64,000 nt of DNA from Thermococcus sp. JdFR-02 (GTDB lineage: Archaea > Methanobacteriota_B > Thermococci > Thermococcales > Thermococcaceae): NCBI GenBank assembly GCA_002009975.1, contig MTLP01000031.1, positions 96,001 through 160,000 on the forward strand. Direction: 5' to 3'. Below are positions 43,151 to 54,403 of this stretch, one piece after another; the first letter of the stretch is position 1; the number at the start of each line of letters is the position of its first letter. The translations under genes were made by a program, and so were the position numbers. A model generated the notes under the pieces. That model searched no databases. It was not told the DNA's origin and saw nothing but the letters and a program-made list of their open reading frames with translations.

Positions 43151-43927
43151 CTATTCGCCTAATTTATGAAGTTCGCTTATAAATTTATCGCTCTTTCTCA
43201 TCAATATTTTCAACGCAATGCTGACAATTTCTTCAACTGGCAATTCTCCATTGCTTTCAACGGTGAAGACGAATGTATTTGGTATTATCTCCTCTCTGAT
43301 AAGAGTTCCCATATATTGGTCAAATTCCCTTGGCAAGTAAAAGCTCTTTAAAGTAGTTATGATGAGTTCATTTTCATTCTCTTCAATTGGTAACTTCCTT
43401 CTCTTTGCAATCTTCTTTAAGGTATTCCACTTTGGTGTTTCTTTACTTACATAGAGCTTTGTTAAGTACTTGTAGTAAGCAAAGCCTGGTTGCCACTTTG
43501 CGTGATCTTTTCCTCTTCCAAGTTTAGCATATGCGTTGAATACAAGCCTTTGACCTTCTGCAAGCTTAATTATCGGTATATTTGGATTTGCTGGCTTAAT
43601 ATCTGGATCATCACTCTTTAAGTCTCCAGAATACACCATTCCAGGACCTTCAGCTTCTAAAGACAATGTAACTATATATTCGTCTAAATCCAAAGCATCG
43701 AGTTCAAACCTATCCACTGGAGTAGTTAAAGGAATCATTGCTAAGCGATGAGCGATAATCTCATCAAACAAAGCTGAATCATTTTCGTAAAATTCAACTT
43801 CATCAATTGCAAAGGTTGGAACATCGCCAACGATTGTTCTTCGTAGGGAGTTTGCAAAAGTAACATCAACCCCCTCAAGGATAAAGCGAAGTGCATTATC
43901 TCTCTTTTCAAGAATTTCAATTTTCAT
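43151..43927 (-). CDS. rpoD: RNA polymerase subunit D (Rpo3)
   Basis: [27 protein letters not shown]. Confidence 0.96.
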   Translation of the reverse strand: MKIEILEKRDNALRFILEGVDVTFANSLRRTIVGDVPTFAIDEVEFYENDSALFDEIIAHRLAMIPLTTPVDRFELDALDLDEYIVTLSLEAEGPGMVYSGDLKSDDPDIKPANPNIPIIKLAEGQRLVFNAYAKLGRGKDHAKWQPGFAYYKYLTKLYVSKETPKWNTLKKIAKRRKLPIEENENELIITTLKSFYLPREFDQYMGTLIREEIIPNTFVFTVESNGELPVEEIVSIALKILMRKSDKFISELHKLGE

Positions 43928-43957
43928 TTTTCTCACCAAAAAAGAAGTTATAAGAGG

Positions 43958-44371
43958 TCAGACCCTTCTGCCTCTTCTACCGCCTTTAGGTCTTGTTCCA
44001 TCGTGTGGGATTGGTGTTACATCTTCAACCCTGCCTATCCTGAGACCAGCTCTTGCTAAAGCCCTAATTGCAGCTTGAGCACCTGGACCTGGAGTTTTAC
44101 TCTTGCTTCCACCTGGAGCTCTAACCTTTATGTGAACTCCAGTTATTCCCTTTTCTAATGCCTCCTCTGCAGCTCTCTTAGCTGCAATCATTGCTGCATA
44201 AGGTGATGGTTCATCCCTATCAGCTTTAACTACCATACCACCGCTCCATCTTGAAATTGTCTCTGCTCCAGTTAGGTCTGTGATGTGAATAATTGTGTTG
44301 TTGTAGGAGGAGTAAATGTGAACAACTCCCCATTTTTCCTTCTTCTTAATATTAACAACTTCCTCACTCAT
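43958..44371 (-). CDS. rps11: 30S ribosomal protein S11
   Basis: [24 protein letters not shown]. Confidence 0.97.
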   Translation of the reverse strand: MSEEVVNIKKKEKWGVVHIYSSYNNTIIHITDLTGAETISRWSGGMVVKADRDEPSPYAAMIAAKRAAEEALEKGITGVHIKVRAPGGSKSKTPGPGAQAAIRALARAGLRIGRVEDVTPIPHDGTRPKGGRRGRRV

Positions 44372-44910
44372 TGAGCCTCACCTTTAGCAGCTTGTTCAAT
44401 AACTATTCTCTCTGGGTGGGATGAACTTGCAAATGGTGATGTCTTTGAGTACGTTATGTTATCTTCCTCCTCTCTTAACACGATATAGCTTGGTGACCTT
44501 ATGATTTGCCCATTGATCTCTATATGACCGTGAACAATCAACTGTCTCGCCTGTTTCATTGTTCTTGCTAAACCTTTCTTAAATACCAATGTTTGAAGTC
44601 TTCTCTCTAGGATATCCTCTATGGTCAATGATAGAACGTCATCAAGCACTGCATTTTCAGGCAATATTCCCAATCTTATCAATCTTTGTAACAGTTGAAC
44701 TCTTTCAACCTCTGCTTGCTTGCCTCTTGCTGCTAACAATCTTCTTGCCCTTCTTCTAAACTCTCTAAGTTGTGTTTCATGCTTCCATAGTTCCTTCTTG
44801 TTTTTTAATGCATACTTCTGCATCAAAACCCTTTCTCTATCCAATCTCTCCTTAATCCATGGATGAGAGGGAGTCTCATACCTTTTTCTTTGTCTCTTAG
44901 GATCTCCCAT
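44368..44910 (-). CDS. rps4: 30S ribosomal protein S4
   Basis: [22 protein letters not shown]. Confidence 0.97.
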   Translation of the reverse strand: MGDPKRQRKRYETPSHPWIKERLDRERVLMQKYALKNKKELWKHETQLREFRRRARRLLAARGKQAEVERVQLLQRLIRLGILPENAVLDDVLSLTIEDILERRLQTLVFKKGLARTMKQARQLIVHGHIEINGQIIRSPSYIVLREEEDNITYSKTSPFASSSHPERIVIEQAAKGEAQ

Positions 44911-44920
44911 TCACTTCACC

Positions 44921-45367
44921 TCACTTTCTCCTTCTCCTAACACCAACTGTAGTTCCTCTTCTGAAGTTTGATTTAGTTCTTTGTCCTCTTACAGGCAAGC
45001 CAAGCTCATGCCTAATACCTCTGTATGCCCTGATTCTCCTTAATCTATTGACGTCTTCTCTCCATGCCATTACCAATTTAGCGCCAATTAAGTGTAAGTC
45101 TCTTCCGGTCTCATAATCTTTTGGTCTGTTAACTGCCCAGCTTGGAATTCCATGCTCTACTGGATTTGCCAATATTGCTTCAATTTTCTTTACATCTTCC
45201 TCTTTTAGATAACCAGCCTTTTGGAACGGATCTATTCCTGCAACTCTGCAAACTATCGTTGCAAAGTTTACTCCAATTCCCTTGATACCGGTTAACGCCC
45301 ATCTAACCTGTTTATGCCCATCTATATCTGTTCCAGCGATACGCACTATGTGTTTGAAATCTGCCAT
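44921..45367 (-). CDS. rps13: 30S ribosomal protein S13
   Basis: [28 protein letters not shown]. Confidence 0.97.
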   Translation of the reverse strand: MADFKHIVRIAGTDIDGHKQVRWALTGIKGIGVNFATIVCRVAGIDPFQKAGYLKEEDVKKIEAILANPVEHGIPSWAVNRPKDYETGRDLHLIGAKLVMAWREDVNRLRRIRAYRGIRHELGLPVRGQRTKSNFRRGTTVGVRRRRK

Positions 45368-45410
45368 TATAATAACACCTCCAAAGGTTAATCCCTCAAA
45401 GAGAGGATTT

Positions 45411-45497
45411 TGGCGCCGGGACGGGGATTTGAACCCCGGCGGGCAAACGCCCACGGGCTCTCAAGGCCCGCGCCTTCCCAGGCTAGGCAATCCCGGC
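45411..45497 (-). tRNA. tRNA-Ser(TGA)
   Basis: GCCGGGA...CGGGC-CTTGAGA-GCCCG, long variable arm, GTTCAAATC, GCCA. Confidence 0.95.
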
Positions 45498-46070
45498 ATA
45501 TACTCTATATCCTCCACCTTTTGCCAATTCCCTAACTTCGCTAAAGGTTTCATCCATTAGACCCTTAATATATTTTGCGCCTTGATTGGTGCGAATGACC
45601 AACTGTAAGAGACCTCCATCGTAGAGGTGTTTAGGGGCATTTATAACTATTTCCCTCAACACTTCTTTCCCAGCATGAACAGGTGGATTGGTAATTATTG
45701 AGTGGAATTTTTCATTTCTAACTGGTTCATAAAGATTTCCCCATCTGACCTCTGCATTCTTTACATTGTTGATTTTTAAATTTTTCTTCGCAATCTGGAC
45801 GGCTCTTATGTTAATGTCTGTCATGAGGACATATTTTACAAAGTGCGAAGCCACTATTCCTATTGCCCCATAGCCACATCCCAAGTCCAGAACTCTAAAG
45901 CTTTCATCTAAAACAGCATTCTCAATCAATAATCTAGTACCTTTATCAAATTTTCCAAATGAAAAAACCCCACTCGCAGTTATAAATTTGAAATGATGTC
46001 CTCTAACAACTACTTCAATAATTTTTGTCCTTAAAGGAACACTTGGATTCTTGGAATAATAATGACTCAT
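45483..46070 (-). CDS. Class I SAM-dependent methyltransferase (RsmC/MTS-like)
   Basis: MSHYY, GVFS, LDLGCGYG, TNPP. Confidence 0.9.
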   Translation of the reverse strand: MSHYYSKNPSVPLRTKIIEVVVRGHHFKFITASGVFSFGKFDKGTRLLIENAVLDESFRVLDLGCGYGAIGIVASHFVKYVLMTDINIRAVQIAKKNLKINNVKNAEVRWGNLYEPVRNEKFHSIITNPPVHAGKEVLREIVINAPKHLYDGGLLQLVIRTNQGAKYIKGLMDETFSEVRELAKGGGYRVYAGIA

Positions 46071-46153
46071 GGAGAATGGTTAAAGAGATGGCTTAAAAAG
46101 GTTATCCAAAAAACAAACATTGCCTCCAAAGAATAAACTTGAAAAATTAAAAA

Positions 46154-47278
46154 CTATGAAAACTCTTTCTTTTCAAATGCCCTCTCCAAGACAAGTTCAG
46201 TCTTCTTATCAAAGAGCAGAGCTTTTTCCAAGTCTAAGACTATTCCTACCTTATCCCTAACATCAAACTTTTGCTCTTTGCTGGCAAATACTTTTACATA
46301 GGTTTCATCGTCCAAGACCACTGTTACTATTGTCTCCCTGCCCAATGGTTCAGCCGCAAAAACTTCTCCTACCAACATTGGTGGATCGGGCATGTTAGGT
46401 TTTAGCTCTATAACTTCAGCATCATGGGGTCTAAATCCAAGCAATACTTTGCTTACATCAAATTTTTTGAGAAGTTCAGCGTATTTTGGAGGTGCTGGTA
46501 TCCTGCTTTCACCTATTAAGAGCTCTCCACTCTCCCTTATAACGGTAGATTCAACGAAGTTCATCGGTGGATTACCCAAGAAACCCCCAACAAATTTGCA
46601 CCATGGTTTAGCATATACATCATCTGGTGTTCCTACTTGGAGTATCTCACCTTCCCTTATCACCGCTATTTTATCAGCCATAGCTAAAGCTTCTGCTTGA
46701 TCGTGAGTTACATAAATAGCTGTAATTCCCAGCTCTTTCTGAAGCCTCTTAAGCTCTGCTCTAACGTTCATTCTAAGGAGAGCATCTAAGTTTGAGAGTG
46801 GCTCATCCAAAAGTAAAACCCCAGGTTCTTTAACTAAGGCTCTAGCAATTGCAACTCTCTGCTGCTGTCCACCTGAAAGCTGATAGGGATATCTCTCTAG
46901 AAGATGATCTATCTTAAGCATTTTAGCAACTTCAGTGACCTTTTTTTTGATTTCTTCCTTCGACTCCTTCTTAAGCTCTAATGGAAAAGCAATGTTATCA
47001 AAGACTTTCATATGAGGATACAGCGCCCAATTTTGGAAAACTAAACCAATATTGCGCTCCTTTGGTGGAAGCTCTGTAACATCCATGTCGTCAAAGTATA
47101 TCCTCCCTTGGGTTGGTTTATAGATTCCCGCTATGAGATAAAGCAAAGTACTCTTTCCACTTCCAGAAGGACCTAAAAGTGCCATAAACTCTTTATCTTT
47201 AATTTCTAAATTGGCATTATCAACAGCAACAACTTTACCAAATCTCTTTGTGACATTCTCCAATCTCACAGTCACCAT
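46154..47278 (-). CDS. Sugar ABC transporter ATP-binding protein (MalK-like)
   Basis: GPSGSGKST, LSGGQQQR, DEPLSNLDA, YVTHDQ, TOBE tail. Confidence 0.93.
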   Translation of the reverse strand: MVTVRLENVTKRFGKVVAVDNANLEIKDKEFMALLGPSGSGKSTLLYLIAGIYKPTQGRIYFDDMDVTELPPKERNIGLVFQNWALYPHMKVFDNIAFPLELKKESKEEIKKKVTEVAKMLKIDHLLERYPYQLSGGQQQRVAIARALVKEPGVLLLDEPLSNLDALLRMNVRAELKRLQKELGITAIYVTHDQAEALAMADKIAVIREGEILQVGTPDDVYAKPWCKFVGGFLGNPPMNFVESTVIRESGELLIGESRIPAPPKYAELLKKFDVSKVLLGFRPHDAEVIELKPNMPDPPMLVGEVFAAEPLGRETIVTVVLDDETYVKVFASKEQKFDVRDKVGIVLDLEKALLFDKKTELVLERAFEKKEFS

Positions 47279-47284
47279 TCTCTC

Positions 47285-48157
47285 TCACCCCTTTATTCCT
47301 CCAGAATGGGTTTCAAGCAACAGCTTTTGAGAAGTTAAAAAGAATATTATTGTTGGCAAGAGATACAAGGTTCCAGCGGCTGCTATTAGTGGCATGTGAG
47401 AATACTCTGCTTCAAGGTTTGCTTCAATATAAGTAGCTAAAGTTGGTTCAACGAGGAAAGTTCTAACATATATTAAATCCTGCCATCCAGCAAGGAATCC
47501 AAAGAGCAGTATAGCAGCGATCCCCGGCTTTATTAGTGGAAGTAATATTTTTCTCCATACCCTAATCCTTGACGCCCCATCAACTATTGCAGACCACTCA
47601 ATTTCCCAAGGTATTGAGTCAAAGAACCCCTTCATAAGCCAAGTAGCCATAGGAACTTCTAAAGCAGCTCTAGCCACTATAACGTACATAAAGGAGAATG
47701 TCGTCACTAGAGAGGGGCTTGAAGGTAAGCTAAGCCTGTAGAGCAAATAAACTCCAACTATTAAAGCAACCCCTGGGAAAGCGTGAAGCATGAGTAAGAA
47801 CATGAGTAAGAACTTTCTACCTCTAAAGTTCATCCTTGATAGGGCATAACCAGAGAGGGCACTAATCAATGTTACAACACCAGCAACTCCAAGGGCTACT
47901 AAAGCAGTGTTAAAGGTGTATTTTAAGATGTTTTGTCTTATTCCACCTGTAAAGGCTAATTTTCCTTGTAAAACATTTATCCAGTTTTCAATTGTGAACC
48001 TAAATGATTCCAGGCTTAAATTTGTCATCATCTCCTTGCTAAAGCTTGAGAGCACTAACAGGGAAAATGCTAAAAAGAGGGGTATGCTTGCCATTAAAAT
48101 TGCTATTGTAATTGCGACTTCAGTTTTCTTTGAACGAACCTCAACATCTGTCAGCAT
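47285..48157 (-). CDS. Sugar ABC transporter permease
   Basis: EAA-like loop EWSAIVDGA. Confidence 0.9.
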   Translation of the reverse strand: MLTDVEVRSKKTEVAITIAILMASIPLFLAFSLLVLSSFSKEMMTNLSLESFRFTIENWINVLQGKLAFTGGIRQNILKYTFNTALVALGVAGVVTLISALSGYALSRMNFRGRKFLLMFLLMLHAFPGVALIVGVYLLYRLSLPSSPSLVTTFSFMYVIVARAALEVPMATWLMKGFFDSIPWEIEWSAIVDGASRIRVWRKILLPLIKPGIAAILLFGFLAGWQDLIYVRTFLVEPTLATYIEANLEAEYSHMPLIAAAGTLYLLPTIIFFLTSQKLLLETHSGGIKG

Positions 48158-49101
48158 TATATATCCCCCCTTGGCTTTGCTATCATTCTTTCAAACTTCA
48201 GTATCTTGAGGGTTAGGAAACCTAAGACCGTTCCAATTATGGCTAAAATTGTAGCCGCTGCAGCAGCTAATCCTTGGTCTTGCTCCCCTCTTCCAAAGGC
48301 AGTTAGGAAGACATATAGAGACAAAGTTGTGCCGTAATCTCTATTTACCAATCCCCATTCAATCAGCAGGAAAGTGTGAGCATAACTTGTTATAAGACTC
48401 AAAAGCTGCCAAGTGAAAACGTAAAGAATGTGCCACCTTATCATTGGTATTAGGATCTTTCTTGAGATGCTCCAATTGGTTGCCCCATCAACCCTTGCAG
48501 CTATGACAAGCTCTCTCGGAATATGACTTAAAGCTGATGAAAAGACTATCATTCCAAAACTAACCCCAACCAAACCGTTTATGAACACGATTATACTCCA
48601 AGGTCCCCAAGGAATTACTCCTTGACCTAAAACAATCGGCTTATCAATTATACCAAGTTTTAATAATAGAGAATTAAGGGTTCCAATTTCACTTCCATGG
48701 AAAAAGTAGTACCAGACCAAGCTATAAACTGCGATAGGGGACATTCTTGGAAGAAGCCACACCAGTCTCAAAGTAGATGAGCTTTTTTCATTGATAAAGT
48801 AGGTCGCAAGGGAGATAAGCAATCCACCAAAAACATTTACGATTAGGGTTATCAAAACGAAGATGATAGTGTTTATCATAACTTGCCTAAAGATTGGATC
48901 ATATTTTACCATGTGATAAATCCTGTAATAGTTATAACTACCTATAAACTGGCTCAAATATCTCTCAGTATTCCAATTTCTAATTGGAGTAAAGCTCATA
49001 TAAACTGTCAAGACGAGAGGGAGAAGATAAAACACTATGATTATAACTAACGCAGGAGTAAGAAAGAAAGAAAGTTGAAAAAGATTTGAATATTTTTTCA
49101 C
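48157..49101 (-). CDS. Sugar ABC transporter permease
   Basis: EAA-like loop AARVDGA. Confidence 0.9.
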   Translation of the reverse strand: MKKYSNLFQLSFFLTPALVIIIVFYLLPLVLTVYMSFTPIRNWNTERYLSQFIGSYNYYRIYHMVKYDPIFRQVMINTIIFVLITLIVNVFGGLLISLATYFINEKSSSTLRLVWLLPRMSPIAVYSLVWYYFFHGSEIGTLNSLLLKLGIIDKPIVLGQGVIPWGPWSIIVFINGLVGVSFGMIVFSSALSHIPRELVIAARVDGATNWSISRKILIPMIRWHILYVFTWQLLSLITSYAHTFLLIEWGLVNRDYGTTLSLYVFLTAFGRGEQDQGLAAAAATILAIIGTVLGFLTLKILKFERMIAKPRGDI

Positions 49102-49130
49102 TTATTTCACCCTCCTTTACTGTTTTTGCT

Positions 49131-50768
49131 CTATGGGAACTGCCAGTCCTTTGGAACTTCACCTACTATCTTGACTGATGCAGAAAGCTCTGGGTCTGCT
49201 TTTATTCTATCAATTAAGAATTGCACTGCTTCTTCTGGTTTCATTTCTCCTCTCAACACTTTGTCGACTGCATCTTTGAATAAATCAGCTAAAGCTGGGT
49301 ACTTTGGATGTGATGGTGCTAAATGAGTGTATTCAAGCATGTAGCTAACATCTGCTAAGAACTTAGCATTTATTGGATGAACTGTTGCTTTTACTATATC
49401 TGCTATTTCAGCTTTAACTCCAGAGGATATGTCTATATTAAGGTTCTTCAAGTCATTTAGCCATTTTTCATCCTTGATTAGATCCTCAGCTGCCTTTCTA
49501 ACTGGCAAGTGTGAGCTTATAACACTGTGTATTGCGTTTATGTCTGCATCGCTAGCCTTGAGTATCATTAGGAACGCAAGCTTTTGATAGATATCTTTAA
49601 GCTCATCGTACTTTGGATTTTGTGCACCGGCTTTTGAGTTAATCATCCAAACGAATGGTTGACTCAATGTTACTGGCTTTTGACCCTTCTCACCAGCTGG
49701 GAACAATGTGTAGTAGAACCATGCATCAACCTCTTCTGGTTTAAGTCCTCTTGGCTCGTTTGTCTTAGGATCAACGTAATAATCCTTGGTTTGCCACTCT
49801 GCCCAGTACCAAGTTCCACCAATGTCAAAGAGAGTATTTCCACTTACAATAGCTGGGTGTATTTGCTTTGCCCAGTCCCATGACATTATATCCTCTGGTA
49901 AGATACCATCTCTTGCAAACTTCCACTCAACATAGAGCCACTTGTAAACGGCAGGAACATCAAGGACTAACTTATCCTCGTTTTCATCGTAAAGTGTTCC
50001 ACCAAAGGCAAATATAAATTGGATCAAATCTGGATGTGCAGAACCCTTTCTATGTATCAATCCCCACTCAGAGCAGCCCTTTTCCTTGGCAGCTTTAGCC
50101 TTTGCATATACATCGCTCCATGTAAATTCTCCATTTTTAACTTTCTCCTCTAGTTTTGTTAGATCAAAGCCTGAACACTTAGCGACATCTTTTCTAATGT
50201 AGAGAGGTCTTGCCTCTGTATCTTGAGGCAATCCATAGAGCTTTCCTTTCCACTTTGATGCTTCCATTAATGGAGTGTAGAAATCAGATAGTTCTTTCTC
50301 ATAAGCTTTAGCATATTCAGTCACATCAAGAATATAGCCTTCCTTTGCCAAAGTTGGGATAAATGCATATGAATTTACAAAAAAGTCCCCAGCTTGTCCT
50401 ATTGGCTGCTTACTCAAATAGTCTTGGAATAACTGTTGGAAACTTGCGACATAATTAGTATCTACAACTATCTTTACATTAATGTTGTTTTCATTAAAGA
50501 CTTTGTTTATTCTCTCAGCGGCTTCAACAATACCATAGACTCTCATAACACTGTTTGGATCACCAGCTCCCCACACAGTAAACTTAACCTCATTGACACC
50601 ATTGCTCTCAAGGGCTTTCCCTATATTAACAACATCTTTAACAAAATCGCCTGTTAAAGAAACTTCAACTTTCTCAGGGGTTGTGGGCTTTTCTGAGCTT
50701 ATGCACCCACTGGCAATCGCTCCAAAAACCAATATTCCAACTAATAATACAGCTACATAGCCCCTCAT
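49131..50768 (-). CDS. Sugar ABC transporter substrate-binding lipoprotein
   Basis: Lipobox-like ASGC; GKLYGLPQD; upstream of permeases. Confidence 0.85.
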   Translation of the reverse strand: MRGYVAVLLVGILVFGAIASGCISSEKPTTPEKVEVSLTGDFVKDVVNIGKALESNGVNEVKFTVWGAGDPNSVMRVYGIVEAAERINKVFNENNINVKIVVDTNYVASFQQLFQDYLSKQPIGQAGDFFVNSYAFIPTLAKEGYILDVTEYAKAYEKELSDFYTPLMEASKWKGKLYGLPQDTEARPLYIRKDVAKCSGFDLTKLEEKVKNGEFTWSDVYAKAKAAKEKGCSEWGLIHRKGSAHPDLIQFIFAFGGTLYDENEDKLVLDVPAVYKWLYVEWKFARDGILPEDIMSWDWAKQIHPAIVSGNTLFDIGGTWYWAEWQTKDYYVDPKTNEPRGLKPEEVDAWFYYTLFPAGEKGQKPVTLSQPFVWMINSKAGAQNPKYDELKDIYQKLAFLMILKASDADINAIHSVISSHLPVRKAAEDLIKDEKWLNDLKNLNIDISSGVKAEIADIVKATVHPINAKFLADVSYMLEYTHLAPSHPKYPALADLFKDAVDKVLRGEMKPEEAVQFLIDRIKADPELSASVKIVGEVPKDWQFP

Positions 50769-50986
50769 TAACCATCCCTCCAAAGTTCAAAAATTTGGCA
50801 AATATTCAAAAAACCAAAGTTTTATTAGAAGTTCAGCTTTCACTAAAAATTATACCTTTAGATTTATAAATTTTTTTAGCAGCGCATATTTGTGTTAGTT
50901 TTTTACTCTAATTGAGCGAAATCCCTAAAAAATAAGCTCAAACAGAACACACTCGAGATAGAGAATAAAAAGAAGAATAATCAATT

Positions 50987-51997
50987 CTACCACATTTTTG
51001 GATACCAATCTCTTGGCATAAAGACTTTTTCAACATCAACGGCTATTCCCTTGCTTGAATTAAGCATTTCTCCACTTGTCATTACAGCTTTTCCCAGAGC
51101 TACAAGCTCATCTTTAAGTGTCATTATCGCAACTAAATCGCCTTTCTTAATATTTGCATTAACCTTAACAATACCGGGAACTGCCAAGTTTGCGCCATAA
51201 GTCACTGCAGCAACTGCAGAATCCCTAATCCAAACCTTTGGTAAATGTTCAACAGCTTTCTCCATTGGTTGAATTGCCTTCCTAAAATATTCCTCAATTC
51301 CATCGTCTTTCCAGAAATGATAGGCATCGATTAAATCGTGGAGCGTTACAAGTGTTTCATCCTCTTTAAAAGGACCGCTCCTTGTTCTTCTTAACTCAGC
51401 CATGTGAGCACCAACACCTAACGCTAAACCGATATGGTGAATTAGAGACCTTATATAAGTTCCTGCTTCAACTCCAACTCTAAAGAGGACATCTTTACCA
51501 TCAATCTCCAAAACTTCAATGTAGTAGACTTTTCTCGTCCTTAACCTTCTCTTTACTGCACTCCTTAATGGAGGTCTCTGAATTATTTCCCCCTCAAACT
51601 CTCTCATAACTGCTAAGATTTTATCTTCGGAAACTTCATCATGGAGATGCATTAAAGCAACATATTCTTTTCCAGCTGGTAAAAGAGCTTGAACTACTCT
51701 CGTAGCATTTTCTAAAGCTACAGGCAAAACACCGCTAACCTTTGGATCCAAAGTTCCTCCATGACCAGCTTTTTTTAAATTGAAGAGCTTTTTAATCCAA
51801 GCAACTACTTCATGAGATGTAGGACCAGGAGGTTTGTCCAAATTAATCACACCAAACTTTATATGCATTTCAATCGGTCTCTTCTCTGGAGGAAATCCCC
51901 ACTTTGGATTCGTTTCCGCTTTTTCATCTTTAATTAAAACCTCTCTCTCGATATCAGCTGGGAGTATTAACTTTCTCTCCTTTTTTTGTTTTGCCAT
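50987..51997 (-). CDS. cbf5: H/ACA RNA-guided pseudouridine synthase Cbf5
   Basis: DKPPGPTSH, GHGGTLDPKVSG, GTYIR, PUA domain. Confidence 0.95.
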   Translation of the reverse strand: MAKQKKERKLILPADIEREVLIKDEKAETNPKWGFPPEKRPIEMHIKFGVINLDKPPGPTSHEVVAWIKKLFNLKKAGHGGTLDPKVSGVLPVALENATRVVQALLPAGKEYVALMHLHDEVSEDKILAVMREFEGEIIQRPPLRSAVKRRLRTRKVYYIEVLEIDGKDVLFRVGVEAGTYIRSLIHHIGLALGVGAHMAELRRTRSGPFKEDETLVTLHDLIDAYHFWKDDGIEEYFRKAIQPMEKAVEHLPKVWIRDSAVAAVTYGANLAVPGIVKVNANIKKGDLVAIMTLKDELVALGKAVMTSGEMLNSSKGIAVDVEKVFMPRDWYPKMW

Positions 51998-52084
51998 AAC
52001 TATCACCTGATGAGGGTTATATAACAAAGTAAAAATAGGGACTTATAAAGATTTGGCGAAAAGAAAAGTTCTAAGGACTTTTAA

Positions 52085-52113
52085 GAAAGGTGCATAAAGG
52101 GGGCTAAGCCCCT
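52085..52113 (-). terminator. Hairpin plus pyrimidine tract after rpl14e
   Basis: GGGGC-TTA-GCCCC followed by TTTATGCACCTTTC. Confidence 0.4.
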
Positions 52114-52364
52114 CACTCTAAGCTTATTCCTGCCTTTTCCAAAGCTTCCTTAACTTCCTCGTCGCTTGCACCTTTTGAAATTGAAATTTTCTCTGGAAGT
52201 GGTTCAATGTGCTTGATGTTCATCCTTCTTCTCTTAACTTTGTTCAAGCCTGCACCTGTAACAAGAACGAAGTTCTTGTCAATTATATCAACTACAACAA
52301 CCTTTTGTCCGGCTCTTCTTCCTGCAATAATAACCCCAATTCTTCCAATATCAATTGCTGGCAT
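52113..52364 (-). CDS. rpl14e: 50S ribosomal protein L14e
   Basis: [27 protein letters not shown]. Confidence 0.95.
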   Translation of the reverse strand: MPAIDIGRIGVIIAGRRAGQKVVVVDIIDKNFVLVTGAGLNKVKRRRMNIKHIEPLPEKISISKGASDEEVKEALEKAGISLE

Positions 52365-52377
52365 TTCATTCCACCTC

Positions 52378-52944
52378 CTATTTTTTCTTTGCTCCCGAGT
52401 CGCCTTCGGGAGCAAGGTGGTCGACGGCGGCCTTCACAATTGCGAAGACCCCATCGGGAGACCATTTTGAAGTGTTTATAACCAAATCATAAATCGAAAG
52501 GTCATCTATGTCGATACCATATAAGTTTAAATACCTTTTCCTATTCTGCTTCTCCCTTTCAACAGTTTCCATGAAAGCGATATCATAGGGTTTCTTCTCT
52601 CTCCTCGCAACCCTTTCAACCCTAACCCTTAAAGGTGCTTCAAGCCAGATTTTTAAATCAGCTTCCTTAACCATCCAACCTGCCAAACGACCCTCAATGA
52701 TAACGTTTCCTTCTTTTGCTGCCTCAATTTGTCTTCTATCAACTTCCCTATCAACTTCTGGATGTAATTCGGCATACTTTTGAAACTCCTGCAAACTCAT
52801 TCCCATTTCTTCAGCCATTTGACGAAAGATTAACCCAGCATAAATATGTTTAAATCCATAGTGCTGAGCCAACTTTTTACACAGTGTTGTCGTTCCACTA
52901 CCTGCTAATCCACTAACTGTTATCACTAATCCCCTCTTTGCCAT
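52378..52944 (-). CDS. cmk: Cytidylate kinase
   Basis: [23 protein letters not shown]. Confidence 0.93.
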   Translation of the reverse strand: MAKRGLVITVSGLAGSGTTTLCKKLAQHYGFKHIYAGLIFRQMAEEMGMSLQEFQKYAELHPEVDREVDRRQIEAAKEGNVIIEGRLAGWMVKEADLKIWLEAPLRVRVERVARREKKPYDIAFMETVEREKQNRKRYLNLYGIDIDDLSIYDLVINTSKWSPDGVFAIVKAAVDHLAPEGDSGAKKK

Positions 52945-52975
52945 ACTGCATCATCTTGAAAATTTATAAAATAGG

Positions 52976-53242
52976 TCAGATTTGAGCTCTAACTTGAGCT
53001 TTTATAGCTCTGCGCATACAGCTTGGGCAGAGGTGAGGCATTGGTCTTTCTGGTCTCTTCTTAGTCTTTGGTAGCTTTCTCATTTCACTTGGTCTTCCTC
53101 TTGGAATCCCATTTAGGGGCTTTCCACAAATTGCACAGTGAGCTATCTTTGGCTTTTTCCTTTCAAAGTGAATTACAATCCTTCCTCCTGGTGTCCTAAC
53201 GTATTTTCTTCTCCATGATCTTGATCTATACATTGGTTTCAT
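52976..53242 (-). CDS. rpl34e: 50S ribosomal protein L34e
   Basis: RTPGGR, CAIC, RPERP, CPSC. Confidence 0.96.
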   Translation of the reverse strand: MKPMYRSRSWRRKYVRTPGGRIVIHFERKKPKIAHCAICGKPLNGIPRGRPSEMRKLPKTKKRPERPMPHLCPSCMRRAIKAQVRAQI

Positions 53243-53292
53243 TTAACACACCTCCTTGCTAAGCTTTTTGTTGAGTATTTTTAAGCTTTAGG

Positions 53293-53820
53293 CTATGCCA
53301 TGTCGAGCAGTTTCCTCAACACCGCACCAACAACGTAGGAAGTTAGGATATACCATCCAAGGAATCCTATTTCATTTGCATGAAGGGCTGACTTGTAAAA
53401 CTTGTGGAACATGTCAACAAGGAAGAAGTTGAAGGGTATTTTAACTATTGCGGTTTCAACGTAGTATCTTGCCAGCCAACCATAAAATATTATGAACATT
53501 GGAAAGCTCACAAGCATTGGTTTGAACATTGCACTCTTCATGACCTCATTCTGGAGCTTTAAAAGCTCCATCTGCTTTTGCTGTAATTTTCTCAACTTCT
53601 TCTCATCCTTGTTCTTCTGAGCTTCTTTCCATTCTTTTTGGAATTCCTTACTCATCTTCTGCAATTTTTTCATCTTTTCTTGGTCTACGAATATGTAATT
53701 TATTGCCGTAAAAAACACTCCCATGAATATACCAAATAACGTAGCCACCCACATTGGGTGAGTAGTCAATATCAATCCTTTAAATGCCGCATCTAAAGCT
53801 GCATATATTCCCTCAAGCAT
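53293..53820 (-). CDS. DUF106 / EMC3-TMCO1 (Oxa1 superfamily) membrane protein
   Basis: TM, coiled coil, FKPM, GWYIL; after adk. Confidence 0.85.
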   Translation of the reverse strand: MLEGIYAALDAAFKGLILTTHPMWVATLFGIFMGVFFTAINYIFVDQEKMKKLQKMSKEFQKEWKEAQKNKDEKKLRKLQQKQMELLKLQNEVMKSAMFKPMLVSFPMFIIFYGWLARYYVETAIVKIPFNFFLVDMFHKFYKSALHANEIGFLGWYILTSYVVGAVLRKLLDMA

Positions 53821-54403
53821 ATTCTCTCACCGCCAAATCCAATATTTTTACCAACTCATTAACTGCTTCCTCAAGACCTTTATCTTCATGGTTTTCTATT
53901 ATCTTTATAAGTGCATTGGAATACATCGCATAAGTAATTGCAGCTGCCCTATTTAAATCTTGGTGTCTCTTAATTTGTTCTTCAGTTTCGACATCTCTAT
54001 CCCTCTTCAGGTCTCTAAGTCTTCTTCCCAAGATTTCACTTGGATAGGCTTCAATTATAACTATAAAGTTCGGATTTATTGTTTCTATAACTTCCCTAGG
54101 CAATCCCAACAGATAGCCCAAAGGTGTTTTGATAGTACAATGAGTATCCAATAATATTGGTTGCACTTTCGCCATTTCAGCTATTTTTTGAGCTGTTTTC
54201 AATTGAAGCTCCCTCTGAACTTTTAAACTCAACTTTCTCATTTCATCTCTGTGGGTGACTAAGCCTGATTTCACTGCTTCTTGAAACATTAAATCACCAA
54301 AGTTGATTAACCTAAACCTCGCCCGTGTCCTTTTAAGGGCTATCCTCGTAATCGTGCTTTTCCCAACTCCAGGAATACCGGTTATGACAACCACAAATGG
54401 CAT
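53813..54403 (-). CDS. adkA: Adenylate kinase (archaeal)
   Basis: [22 protein letters not shown]. Confidence 0.95.
   Translation of the reverse strand: MPFVVVITGIPGVGKSTITRIALKRTRARFRLINFGDLMFQEAVKSGLVTHRDEMRKLSLKVQRELQLKTAQKIAEMAKVQPILLDTHCTIKTPLGYLLGLPREVIETINPNFIVIIEAYPSEILGRRLRDLKRDRDVETEEQIKRHQDLNRAAAITYAMYSNALIKIIENHEDKGLEEAVNELVKILDLAVREYA

Noticed and set aside
45368-45454. N-terminal extension of S13 in the ORF track
   Set aside because: Runs through tRNA-Ser; real start is ATG at 45367 after GGAGGTG.
41441-45497. tRNA genes as integration sites of mobile elements
   Set aside because: No integrase, transposase or duplicated tRNA 3' ends seen; flanks are core genes.
50838-50854. 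TGM-like site TTTCAC-N5-ATTATA upstream of sugar ABC operon
   Set aside because: Three mismatches to TATCAC-N5-GTGATA in AT-rich DNA; too weak to call.
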